Assembly: GCA_000320545.1 (NCBI GenBank)
Contig: ADNK01001706.1
Location: 4,101-68,100 of the forward strand
DNA from: Bigelowiella natans CCMP2755
Taxonomy: Eukaryota; Protista; Cercozoa
DNA length: 64,000 nt
Reading direction: 5' to 3'
In this document: positions 12,101-23,048 of the stretch, piece after piece
Layout of the letters: every line of letters starts with the position of its first letter
How positions within the stretch are numbered: position 1 is the first letter of the stretch
The notes under the pieces: model-generated
Told to the model about the DNA's origin: nothing
Seen by the model: the letters and a program-made list of their open reading frames with translations, nothing else
The model's database searches: none
Position numbers and translations under genes: made by a program

Positions 12101-12536
12101 CTTGCGCCACATCAGTCACCTAAAGAATTATGATATCGGTGAGAAGCTCCTAGAGGATGTTAAAGTAAACCCTACTGTGTGGGAGCGAGCAATGCCTTGT
12201 TTAGGACCCCGACCTAAGTTCGATGTGGAATATGGAAACAATAAGGTCAGGGTGAACGACGATTGGCGCATGAAGATTGTCTATCTAGGCTACCCTGGAT
12301 TACGAAATATGGAGAGGGTAGCTATGAAAATAAAGGACGGAAAATATCAGCTACTCTACCTAGCTGTTCCCGACTTACCCTTTGAGCACTGGTATAAGGT
12401 CCTGGGGGACCTTGATGCAGAGGGCTGGTATGGACACGAACCTAAGGACGAAGGTGAGTTCTGGGTAAGCGACAAAGGAGATAAGGTTAGAGAGGAATCT
12501 ATTACCTGGTGGTTGGTGAAGTTCCGAAAGCGATGA
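9102..12536 (+). CDS. pol: pol: aspartic protease, RT, RNase H, integrase, GPY/F-like domain, C-terminal Dam-like domain
   Basis: TTALWDSGS (protease, in the pol frame just upstream of the ATG at 9129), LLLGQD, YVDD, TDWSKLGMAAVL, TDHKPL, H..H..CRC zinc region, QIDV / VDNE / SNSKVER catalytic D,D-E. Confidence 0.95.
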   Translation, partial: TTALWDSGSMPKSFISLSTVRRLGLLDQVTKKERKYAQADGSSSMKTVGELMLKLQIPGSDAETQIKTRVAMTLSMELLLGQDALEKLGGIISFYNHKIYFAKLPKKSGRTISQNMIRLDEWTSESSVNALEFMDLADNKLPTPTELRKKNPGKTIRQITELLDKTPPADDWDIDKGKKYINKILNEKYSDITKPTTKPSSKLTPVKIELKKGYEECIINDPEHRRPEADWEKIEWQINEWAKEGKIEPSNSPWNVRHVLAKKPTYPFFRLAHNFIRHNRVIKRIQTPTPRIDDVIEHVIGYKYYSSLDKNESYMQTPIHKTSRPITAFSSRHRKWHFVVFPYGLSISGDAFSSQNYRAYTHDGMASVLWVFVFVYVDDDIICTNTVVAQIFLLENIFIRFAHFGFTIRLQKCTFLATRIKWCGYYLEQGRITPNPEKVAALQQAPKPKNAKELKSFLQTAAWILRRFSPTYARTAAAFTTAYRKENSVGLSFAKVWAKAGLDAHFDNLIKLCSNTLLNAKLDTTRPATLWTDWSKLGMAAVLTQDQQIIRVWGRACTAAEAKYSPTKGEYKAMTEAQRKLRYYLLSVPSFTLMTDHKPLLGIDRKLEAPNDEYAAMRADTEEFRDKRTVVYAPGDKQLADYFSRLFEKKVPTQVTPMVNAITFEDGDFLPEPEELQHLQEHLDKYKHKHEVLSDRIYVYTNNVRRTYVPRRTRGALLFTAHGPAHVGENHITALLYHYYWPYKLKEIRTYLRGCRCSSLKAAGVATKESSKSRASKKIKARNFLDIVQIDVYKYDGYHYLTFVDVATGKCWVKKIIKVNVAKKNKGLYKQRLTNCYRTWESELQAIPDEVSINKIPKKLHVDNETSLLQLPHPNIDASPVYYAQSNSKVERLHRTLANLSRINSTTPDKIQGLVNDTFTSGGGIKDKEREEGDDNDDDTESEDEKVPYDGRVLKEGQYVRAKVNLRSRNKQDPFWGGVAKVTERKGRKQYYIYDGNRVTLRHISHLKNYDIGEKLLEDVKVNPTVWERAMPCLGPRPKFDVEYGNNKVRVNDDWRMKIVYLGYPGLRNMERVAMKIKDGKYQLLYLAVPDLPFEHWYKVLGDLDAEGWYGHEPKDEGEFWVSDKGDKVREESITWWLVKFRKR

Positions 12537-12579
12537 AGGTCTAAGGGAATAAGGAAGGAAGGAAGGAGCAACGTGACTT

Positions 12580-12587
12580 GGGGGAGG
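12580..12587 (+). promoter_or_regulatory. Polypurine tract
   Basis: GGGGGAGG directly abuts the 3' LTR; a longer purine run lies at 12543-12568. Confidence 0.8.
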
Positions 12588-12913
12588 TGTAGCGCGTACC
12601 ACTACGCGGGCACAAGTCACGTGCGACAACAAAGGGGTTGTCGCGGATATAGAATATAGATAACGTAGATATTAATACAGCATAGGCACGTGGGTTCCGG
12701 CGGGACTCATGGCAGCACACCGGAAGTGTGCTGCCCCACGTGCGGCGGCATTCGCGAAAGCTTCGCGAATGATTACGCAGTGCACGATTTAATAAAAATA
12801 TAATCTTTAATAAAAATAAACACAACTCTTCAAAAGGAAGCAAACGTGCCTTTCCCCCCCCCTGCCTACTTGTGCACGTAGCGCCTCGGCCTGTGAACAC
12901 CTTACGCGCAACA
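12588..12913 (+). repeat. 3' LTR (326 bp)
   Basis: Same length and, by eye, same sequence as the 5' LTR. Confidence 0.97.
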
Positions 12914-13320
12914 TCAAATCGCTTGTTCTAGTGTTCTCTAGTTCTAGTCGTCGCATTGAAACTTGACAAAAGTGTTGTAGGTTTTATTCTCGCTTCCATG
13001 CATTGCTAGATTAGGCATTGCCATTCCCCACATCTAGGTGTGCTAGACGATGCCCCACAGATGCCGTGCATATCCACTAGATCACAAAATGTCCAGATTC
13101 GGCGCCAAGCACGCATGTCTAGATGTGCAGTGCTCAGTGCTTTCCGCACAAATGCGATTTACATTCAATGCCAATGTGTTTGTTAAAGACAACTCTACCT
13201 TCTAATCATTCACTAAAGCAAGGGAGGTACATGAGTCACAATCATTGGCTGTGCAAAAGAGGATGTTGAACTAGCAATATTTTACATTCTCTTCCGTTCA
13301 TGACTTAAGATCTCGGACTT

Positions 13321-15237
13321 TTACTGTAGCAAATACAGGGCTTTATGTACATATTTATTCATTTTTGGCAAGTTTACGTTGATGATTTTTTCGAGAAAGG
13401 GACTTGACGACTTCTTGTCTGGAACTGGACGGTCTTCATTTACTGTACTGTAATAGGGTCGCCACACTGCGGGCGGGGGCAAGATACTGCATGCTGTTTG
13501 CGACATGATCCTAAAGTCGCAATTCCGTCGGTTGAATGTACTGAATCAAACGACCAAAGTCAGTGCTAAGGATGGCGCGTTTATGAATTCCAACGAATCA
13601 CATGTTGAATACCTGCATGGTAGGCTGCTCCGTCCAGTCGAGAAACGTAAACTTTATATTGTCAAAACAGCAACGAGAAGATCGTGCATAGCCTCTCAGG
13701 CGGTGGCTTTTGAGGGAATAATTTCACACAGGAAAAGATAAACTTCGTCTAGGTTTCTTGCATTTGTGGATGACGGATCTACCTGGTCTCCGCAGGAGGA
13801 GAATGTCACACCGAAGCAGAGATATTTGGGCAGATGCACCGATCTGGGGTTGACACGGTACTGCTTCCTCCCGACGAAGAAGGCCAGCTTCCCAACCTAT
13901 CACAGGATAGTAAGTCTCTACCTTTGCATTCACGCTGCAAAGCAAAGTTTCGTGGAAGTTTCTACCAATGGATTGATGCTAATCCCGACGATGTCCCCCG
14001 ATTTCCACGAGGGCGTTCGGCCTTGCCCATCTTGCAACTTCAAGATCTGGACGAAGGGGCACGGAGACAAACCAAGGAAAAAAATGATTAGATGAATAGG
14101 GAAAAAGAAAGGATACTACAAGTACTACAACAACACTACCATTACTACTACTGCTCCTACCTTGCCACGATGACGGAAGAAGCCATCACAACCGAGTCCC
14201 CAGGAATGCGAGCAGTCGCCGATCCCGTACCTTGTTTGTTTCATACCATCAATATGAGTGTTAGAGATTGTAGAAACGTGTCTGCATTTCATTTCATTAC
14301 GAGGATTCTGTCTTCCGACGGAATTTTCTCGGGTCAACGATTCCAATGGCCATTCGCCCGTGGGAGCCATCGCCATCGTGCGAATCAGCAGCGCGGCAAT
14401 CAACGCGGAAGGTCAGCTGATGAATGGTGCTTTGCACGGAACCATATCCCAGAATTGTAAATTTGTGTGAACCCTGACCGCAAATAGCACAGAGAAGATT
14501 GTAAATTTGTGTGAACCCTGACCGCAAATAGCACAGAGAAGAACAGGCCATGTAGATCAGACACTGGGTAACGATGTCAACTTCAATATTTAGCTGACAC
14601 GTGTGACAGTATTTACTCGTATTCCTGGGAATTTTCACTAAAAGTTTGGGACACTGGATTCTTCGAGGGTTTGTCATCTAAAGAAAAGGTAAATTACTTT
14701 CAACTTCCACTTCTTCCGTTGAGGGGCAACCCTGGTGACAGTCGTAAACGCAGTCTCCCTCGGGCTAAAGACAGTGGGCGGCAAACTTGAAGCATCGAAG
14801 GCAGCGCAGTTGCGTGCATACGTTGAGATAATGTCGACGACAGCACTTCCCATAAGACGGAGAAAATCAGGGGAAAGCGCATCCTTCAGGTGGTCTTCTT
14901 CGCTGGGCCGTCGCCTTAGCGCCGGTGGTGTTGGCTTCAAGGAGGGAGATGTTGATGGGGAGCGCGGCACCTTCTCTCCCTTCTTTTTAGTCACAATGAT
15001 CTCAACACCGCTTTCGGATCCTGAGAGATACTTAAGAACATTCTCCTCCAACAGTTGGTCGCCTCCGCGGGTGTACAGCCCCCTGGCCTTGCAGCAGAGC
15101 TTTTTAGAGGCCAGTTTCAGCAGGTCATTCACCACGCTCCGAGCTTCAAGGTTTTCACCAAGTTCGTAAATTATCGGGCGCTTCACGTTGCGTTTTCTAT
15201 TCGGACTCAGCACCAAGCGTATCCTCGAGACAGTCAT
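13321..15237 (-). CDS. Multi-exon protein with SPRY-like domain and N-terminal doublecortin/ubiquitin-like region
   Basis: YGIGDCSHSWGLGCDGFFRHRG and WKSGDIVGISI are SPRY-like; LASKKLCCKARGLYTRGG is DCX-like. Exon structure approximate. Confidence 0.55.
14454..14541 (+). repeat. Perfect 44-bp tandem duplication
   Basis: ATTGTAAATTTGTGTGAACCCTGACCGCAAATAGCACAGAGAAG x2. Confidence 0.95.
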
Positions 15238-15692
15238 GGCCGATCGATCTCCCAATTCTTTTGCGATCTCGTGGCTGTATTCACTCCTAGTGCCGGCAGC
15301 AGCAGGTTATCTATCTCACGCAACAACTGGAAAGAGGTAGGGTTTAGTAACTCTTCCCCGGTACACGTTGGCGCAATCGCTACCTGAGAGATGGAGGAAA
15401 TAATGGCTGTGGTGTTTCGTGCGGTTGGGGGCTGGTGGCAAATGGCCAGGGAATTAGGGTTTGAGTGAGGAGGGGCAATGACGCAACCGGTTCTTGCCGG
15501 TTTCCACTCAATATCTACCTATTTGACCTGTCGTAAATCGACAACAACTCATATTTTATATGTACGACAACAAATCAATTCTCTCAACAGAGAATAATTT
15601 AATAATTCGGCCATGCATTCGACCGTTGCTCATGGAACTCACAGCCGTGAACAAGCCGCACGCAAAGAAATCCTGAAATCTCGCGGAAAAGC

Positions 15693-16366
15693 ATGTCGCA
15701 GCGAGAGCTTTTTCTCCCAGTTGAGCAAGAGCAAAAAACCATGGCATTTGATCATCGCGATGGAGAACAAAAACCCAAAACAGCCACTATAATCTACAAG
15801 GGAAGGAGACTGAGATCCAATGACTCGATTTCGAAAGTGAAGGATGGCGATGTGCTGCATTGTTGGATCTCTTCCTCAGTTCTCTCGTCGTCCTCACGCG
15901 ATGATCAAGGTCTCAACACGCAAAATTGGGACTTCACAGCCAACACACTACCTTGATTGCCCTAACCACACATCAACCTAACTTCATGAGGACTCCGCAT
16001 CTCATGCCATCGAATGTTGTGCGGTGGAGATTGACATAACGAACGACCATAGTAGAGATAACGTTAGGAAAACCCCACTTGTGCTACATGTTTGTCCCCT
16101 TCTCAGATCCTATCACGTCACCTGCATCCGATAGCGACGATGCTGATTCCTGCTGCGGCTTGTGGATGTGCGAAAACCTGGCGCCCAGGCATGTGTTTTG
16201 GGCGTTGGTTCTTGCCATCCTCGGGTACTTCTGGGGACTGCTGTTGACGAATGGAATGCGGTATTTTAACATATTCAGCGTCGTTATGCTCGCTGGCCTT
16301 TCCGTTGTGGCCATGCAGCACATGAATCTTGGGAGCAGCAACAGCAATTCGCAGGATGATAGTTGA
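15693..16366 (+). CDS. Ubiquitin-like domain plus C-terminal transmembrane protein (TMUB/Dsc3-like), multi-exon
   Basis: IIYKGRRLRSNDSISKVKDGDVLHCWIS (UBL) and a last exon with two hydrophobic helices (VFWALVLAILGYFWGLLL..YFNIFSVVMLAGLSVVAM). Start probably upstream. Confidence 0.65.
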
Positions 16367-16399
16367 TCTTGGTACACCGGATTCAACAAGCAACCAGTT

Positions 16400-17410
16400 A
16401 GTCATCCCGGCCAGTAGCAGAGTCATGTCCGCACATGCTAGCATGGCTCGCAAGGGAATGCTCCGCATGGCCAACGTGTCTGGAATGGTACGTGTAGTGA
16501 GTGATTGAATGCAATGAAGCACAAGCAGATCATGGCCGTGAGAGATGCATGCGTTGAGCATGCACCCCACATGGATGAGCGAACCCGCTGCTCTGTGCTG
16601 CGGGAATCGTCTATAGATATCGATCGTGCTGCTGTGGCCCGATCCATGCGTTGAGCACACGTTCGCTTATTTGCTGACTGTCTCACAACTGATGTTCTGG
16701 TGTTCTCATATTCGATGGTTCTGGCTTTTGTTCCCTGTCTAGCTGTGTCAGGTCCAGCAGCTAGATTGACCTGCTAGCTAGTTGTAGCTAGTGACGGAGG
16801 CATGCCTGTCTAAGCTGTCATTGCGTGCGTGATGGACATGGCACGTGCACCCTCATCTTGCTATGGCCCATGCTGCTCATGTCCTCCAGACGTATACGTA
16901 CGTGGCGCTGCGATTGGGCGACATCGTGCACGTACTGCTAGACTAGCTAGCTAGTGCAGTCTCGTCATTGCGCTACTCGCACACACAGCTAGACAGCTGC
17001 GCCGCATGCTAGCATGCTAGCGGTGGTTGGGCTAGCAGTGACTGGACTTGAGGTTGGGCCACCGGTGACTGGGCTTGAGGAGCATGCACACACCCTGCAT
17101 CTGGTCGTCGATGCGATCTAGCCGCGAGCGCAGCATCGCATGGCTAAATGGCACCACGCACAGTAGTGGACAGATGTGCATGACAAATCATGGGTGCAAC
17201 GTGTTGCATGTCTGTATCATGCAAACATCAATGACATGGCCGGAAGAAAAGATTGGGCAGTCAACTGTGCTAGTGTGAACCATCATGAACCGCTACACTA
17301 GATAGACCTGGACAGTGTCACGAGAAGACTCCGCTTCGCATCAATGCCCGCACCTCAGACCTCATTGATCGAGTTGAACAAAAGCCATTGTGCAGATTGA
17401 CCACAGTCGC
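16400..17410. other. TpA-depleted, CTAG-rich intergenic block
   Basis: Most TA lies in CTAG, with tandem CTAGCTAGCTAG near 16943-16954; the block sits between convergent gene ends. Confidence 0.8.
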
Positions 17411-17824
17411 ATCACATTAGGTTCTGGACTGCGCCACTCGCCAATAATAGACACAGCAATACACAATATATGTTATAGTCGTCGTCGTTCCAATGGCACA
17501 AATTGTTGAAATCCACATCACGCAAGTCGCACCCTTAAAATAGACACAGCAATACACAATATATATTATATATGTAGTGTATTGCATGTCTATCATGCCA
17601 CACGCAACTTGCGACGCGAACGTGGGTGTGCGCGCTGTCTTGTGCACGTCTAGTAGCCATGTGCGCGCGCAAAGAACCATGAAACGTGCACTTTGGACAC
17701 AGTCAACCCGCAGTGAGGTTGAGTGGGAAAGTAGGTGCATTCAAAACCATCGCAACTTGGCGTTCGTCAGCTACACAATGAATGAACAAATGAACCTCAC
17801 GATGCGATCAATTTGCCCTGACAG

Positions 17825-18862
17825 CTAGACAGGCAGTCCTGGCAGCGGGACAAGATTGTACGACCCCCCCAATGCCGTTTGCACCTTTGATATAGCATCC
17901 GTTTGCACCTTTGATGGAGCATCAGCGGCCTTGCCAGTCGCAGCAGCGGCATTACCAGTAGCAACCGCGGGCGTCTTATCTCCAATGGCCTCCGCCTTGC
18001 CCGCATTCCTGATTTCGTCCTTTACATTTTGAGGGAGGTCACGAATGACTCTGTTACTCTTTTCCCTTTTGACAAAAAGTTCAGCTGTTGACATCGTCTT
18101 TGCGAACATAGGTGTTTGACTGGTGACAGTAACCGCGCCAACTGCGAAATCAATGCCCACTTCCTTAACTGTTGAAACTTGAAGCTTTAATGTCCTCGGA
18201 TTATCTTTTGATGGACGTTTGACCTTCTTAGACAGTTCATTTAGCTTATCGGTAAGCTTTTTCGCGAGTTCGTTGCTCTCGGCTCTGTAAGTTCTTATTT
18301 TGTTATCAAAATAGTAACCAATTTCAACTTTATTTCCGTCGGTGCATGTAACTGATTTGATACTATCGTATAAGATCTCGGAGAGCGTTTGACGCCCATT
18401 TGGGTTCTCATTGTAGATTGACTTCGCACCAAGGTGGAAAATTCGATCTACATCGTACTTAAAGATATGTTTTTCTATCTGCTTTAGTCTAAAAGTTCCA
18501 TGAGTGTTGTCTGGGTTGTATTGCGCAGGAAACCTTTCCTTGCGTTCGTTAAGCATCTCAACAAGCCTCTCTACATCCATTGCGCCACCATCTTCAGCAC
18601 TAGAAACAATTTCGTAGGTGTACACACCGTTCATCTCTTCAAGCTCGTTCTCGCCGTAGTCAATAGTGAATCGAGCGTTCCCCTTTTTCCTACCCTCAAC
18701 CACATCGACTTGCCTGATATTGCCGTATGGGATCTCGTGGTGTTTCGTGCGCCCTCTCGATTTTTGGTTGTACAGGTACTGTCTACCCAGAACCAACGTG
18801 CGTTTTTGATTAAGTGCACCTTTTCTGATCTTAATCACCTGAAACCGCTCAAATCCATCCAA
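17825..18862 (-). CDS. Hypothetical protein with two tandem PH-like repeats (possibly the 3' part of the gene at 19332-21597)
   Basis: 345-aa ORF with two similar units: FQVIKIRK..KRTLVLG..YLYNQ..EIPY and FRLKQIEK..DRIFHLG..SIYNE..EILY. Confidence 0.65.
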   Translation of the reverse strand: MDGFERFQVIKIRKGALNQKRTLVLGRQYLYNQKSRGRTKHHEIPYGNIRQVDVVEGRKKGNARFTIDYGENELEEMNGVYTYEIVSSAEDGGAMDVERLVEMLNERKERFPAQYNPDNTHGTFRLKQIEKHIFKYDVDRIFHLGAKSIYNENPNGRQTLSEILYDSIKSVTCTDGNKVEIGYYFDNKIRTYRAESNELAKKLTDKLNELSKKVKRPSKDNPRTLKLQVSTVKEVGIDFAVGAVTVTSQTPMFAKTMSTAELFVKREKSNRVIRDLPQNVKDEIRNAGKAEAIGDKTPAVATGNAAAATGKAADAPSKVQTDAISKVQTALGGSYNLVPLPGLPV

Positions 18863-19331
18863 CTCGCTATTGCGATTCGATTTTTCTTCCTTGTACCTGA
18901 GACATCAACAGACGAGTGAACGCGTTTCCTCCACTGGTAAAATTTGTAAAAAAAAACGAATTTTTGAAGGCGCTGCACAATGGAAAGGACTGTACTCGAT
19001 TTCGATCAGCATCATCTGGTTCACTGTGCCGAGAGTCTGCATCAATCGATCCGTAAACATACCCCAGAGCACTTTGATCACGTTCTTAAGATTAAATTCC
19101 ACTCCCTTTGCTTCCAACGCGGCTGCCTTAGCCACAACACCTGTTGCACTGACCTATTTAGAGTCATTTAAAGAGAGAAATATATCATCGTAATCCAGCA
19201 AAACGAAAGATGATATGAGACTCTATGCAAGGCCAGACGCATCAAATGGGGTCGATGCACGCTCGTGAGCATAACATACGACGAAACAAACAAGGAAAAA
19301 TCAATCTGCGCTGTTTCGGAAGATGGTGAAT

Positions 19332-21597
19332 TCATACCGTTGGCGATTTGGTCGGCGCGTATGTTGGTACTTGAGCAGTCCCGGAACTGACAGAAGAGGA
19401 ATTGGAGCTGCTGGCGGTCGGCGGAGGAAGCTCAGCGAACTTGCGGTAGACTGTGTTAAAAAGGGCCTGAAAATACACTAATGCATCGGATAACATGCCA
19501 CTGATACCGTCTCGATTGTCATAACCCGTTGTCAGATATGAGCAAGCTGTGCGGATCATTAAGTCATCAGTAAATCGCTCCATAAAAGAATTGTAATCCC
19601 ACTTTAGAGAGTCGACGGCTTCTAGTTCCGTACTGCCCGGCATCGGTATCTGGAGTGCGAACTTCTTGGTATTAGAGTCGGGGCCATTCATATAGCTAGC
19701 CGAAACTTGCATCGACTTTCCCTTCCCAAGTAGACTATATTGTCCTTCAGCAGTCACCGTATAGGCAGTCCCTCTTTTCTCGGTCACCTCTTTCATCTCA
19801 CAGTTGTTGCTTTCGTCTCTTTCCCACTGCCACTGATACCTCACCTTAGTGGTGAATTCGAGGTGGCCAGGGTTGCAGAATCCTAGCCCCCCCCCCGAAC
19901 CATCGGTGTTTGGGATGCCAACCTTCGCAACCAACCCGAGCGCTCCTTTGATCTCGCTCAGGCCACAACCACAGGTCCCACAGGATGATTCCGAGGGCTT
20001 CACTGCCTCCATGAGAATACTTCCAACATCAGCGGCCGGGTGCTTCAGAATCGTCGCATATTTAAGGTATTGCATAGTCTCAAAGGGGTCACTCGCGCTG
20101 GTTCCCCTGTACCCACCTTTGCCGCCAGTAAGAAGCCCTTCCCATTTCTTAAACGATTTCGATTTCTTCGCGAATTCGTCGAGATTTTCTATATTTTTGC
20201 GCATTTCAGCATACGCCTTCACAAATATATTCCATTTCGTTGGAAACGAAGCAGCGCCATAGTGATCAATATACCTACCTTTGTTCCACGGTTTGGTTGG
20301 GAATGGGAACATTCTCTCAATAAGGTCGTAAAGACCCTCGTTACTCTTTCCATTACCGAGAAATCCAGCTAGGTGACACAGTCTCGCCTTTGCCTGGTGG
20401 CGCATTACTCTACTAAGCGCCTCTGCTTGAGAGATCGAGTTATTTATCTGGGGCATAGAGATAGTGTTGCAGGACTGGCGCCGGCTGATCTTGGGGACGT
20501 CGAGAAATACTGCAGCGAAAGAGTTGCGAACTAGTGTCTCTCCTGCCCCCTTGATTCCGTCTTCGTAGCGCTTCATCTTCCTTTTTTTGTTAGATTGCTT
20601 GGCAATGTTGTACTCGGTTTTCATTTTTTCTATTGAGGCTATGTAGTCCTGCGATTTCGCACCATCTCGCACGGTCTCCCCGAATTGAATCGCTAGATTA
20701 AAAAATTCCTTGAACATAACCTTACTATCGATTTCACCCTGTCCCTGCAGTGCCGTGTATTTTTCGACTAGTTGGGTTACTTTGTCCGGGCCAGACAGTT
20801 TTCTTTTTAGAAATTTGAAGATCTTGCTATCTTTTATCTTATCCGTCACGTAGCTTTTGACAGCATAGATCACGAGGTCTGGGAAATCCGCAACAGATTT
20901 AGGCACTTTCATTATAAACTCGACCATACCTACCAGAATCATGACCCAAAAAAGAGTTCATTACAACTTTGAGTCAGCTATCAGTATTTGGGAAAGAATC
21001 GATTCCATAGTGCATCACCTTCTAACCCAATGCCAAATGAGAGAATTTTAACGTCTGCACCGGCCTTGATGGAGCCTTCAAGCTCGAGGCCAACTTCACT
21101 ATACCCGCGATTTTGATCCTGATCGATTTTTACAGCTCCTCGCAGACCAAATGTTGCTTTGAAAGGCGGGAATATGTCCACCTGCAATTTTCGTAAGAAA
21201 AGCAAAAATGGACTCGTTAAATTCACGTTCTTTTCCAGTTACTAGCTCAGTGTCCTGCACACACGGATAACTTTTTTTTGGGGGTGAAAGCTCCTGACTA
21301 ACCCTGGCCTCTATGCAACCTTGGTAGTTAACTTCACCTGAATGAAATGTGTGCACATGTTTACAAGCAGCAGCGATGGATCATAGCCAGGAAGACAAGT
21401 GGTGGAGTTACAGGAAGGGATCAATGATGACAACTAAAACTCTTACCGTCGCCCACAGTGGCGTTGTTCCAATGGCCGCCGATGATAGCAGGTTGCAGCG
21501 ACCCTCGATGAAGGCTGACGTTTGAGAATCCCCGAGCTTTGTGAAATCCGTCGGTCTTCTGCACAGCAGTGCCAAGAAGTAGAAGGAGAAGAGTCAT
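19332..21597 (-). CDS. Large hypothetical protein with signal peptide, multi-exon
   Basis: MTLLLLLLGTAVQKTDG signal-like start, further exons and a 536-aa ORF (19332-20942); no family recognised. Confidence 0.65.
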
Positions 21598-22700
21598 GGC
21601 GAACACCTGGTCTGGGGCTAACCCGCTTCAAATTGAAATTTAAATTTATTTAAATTTAAAAGTCTGTAAAGATTCAAATTTTGAAGTTAGGAGTTGTTAG
21701 ATCTATTAGGAGTAAAATAGATCACAGTTCGCTAATAGATCTAGCCTTTAATGTTAACAAAAAGCTACTCTATACGATCGTTCGTAGGGAATTTCGTTCG
21801 ATTTTCCGATTCATTTCCAAAAAAACCTACAAAAAACACAAGGTTCAAATTTTGAAGAATGACTTACGACACTCTGTGGCCGCTGTTTTCCGGAATTAAT
21901 TATTATTTTTTTTTCCGGAATTAATTTCTCGGTCCACAGCGTCGTCAGTACACCGGTAACTGTACGTCCATGATAAAAAGGAAGTCAAATGACGGAAGTA
22001 TTTTTAAGAAATCTTTCCATGTCGCGCTTACATGAACAAAGTCGAATTTAATTTTATTAATTCTTACAATCTGCCATGTCGCACAAAAAAAATGCATCGG
22101 ATCGTGCCAACAACTTGTGTATGTTCTCCTTCCTGCAAACATTTTCGTCCTGTTGATTGTCGAGGTGCACCTGCTTGCACTCCCACTTGCTAGCTGTGCA
22201 AAACAACGCGTCCGATCTTCAAACAAGCACACGTTGCACCTTCTCTGATGATTTTCATCCTTTTTTGAACACATCTGCAAGGAGCAGCTTGCTGCATCCA
22301 AACTCTTCCGACAGGTTGAAAAGTGGAGCAAAGAGGATGATGTTTTTGCTTCACCTGATCACCTGAACCTCTCCAACAGGCGAGCAAAGAGGACAATTGA
22401 AAGTTCAGTGCGCCCGTTGCACGCCTGAAGTCCCAAAAAAGTCGAGCAGAGGGGGAGCACTTTTGCACACATGGATTCATGCGACAAATGTGAAGAACAT
22501 GTGGCTTCTTCGAAGCTTCTGAACTCCACGTCGATCCACGAAATGGTTGCAGCAGTGGTGCAGCTAGCACTGGAGAACAACACCCCACTAGCTAGCGAGC
22601 TAACCCTCGCAAGGACGCACACACACACGATGCACTGTGGAACGTTCATTGAAGTGCTCTTGGATCGAGCAGACTGGCTAGCTGCAGCCATGGCTAGCTA

Positions 22701-22818
22701 GCTAGCAAGCTTGTCCAAACAAGTCGATGCATGCTGACACGTGCTGGCATGCATGAGCCTTGCGATGTTTGTTTTGCCCGGTTTCCATGCCCTTTGCTGC
22801 TGCGCGTGTGCATGCAGC
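22701..22818 (-). pseudogene. Degenerate duplicate of the last rhodanese exon
   Basis: GCTAGCAAGCTTGTCCAAACAAGTCGATGCATG...TTTCCATGCCCTTTGCTGC aligns to 23048-23133. Confidence 0.85.
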
Positions 22819-23048
22819 ATGTTAGTTCTAGAGGCAGGACAAGAGAGGATCACACACAAACAACATGTGATTTGAGCATGCGCAAAACACACAGGCGCGT
22901 GTCTCGATGATCGACCAGGATGTGCATATGTGTGTGTGTGTGTTGTGCTTCACCAATTCATCATGATGCCCATGCACCAAACTCCAATTGACATTCATGA
23001 AATGGCCGTACAGACATAACACTTTGGAGTGCCTTCGGATCGCATAGG

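Larger units (their letters stand above)
7205..12913 (+). mobile_element. Ty3/gypsy LTR retrotransposon, full length
   Basis: Two 326-bp TG...CA LTRs; gag with zinc knuckle; pol in PR-RT-RNaseH-IN order; PBS-like and PPT sites. Confidence 0.97.
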
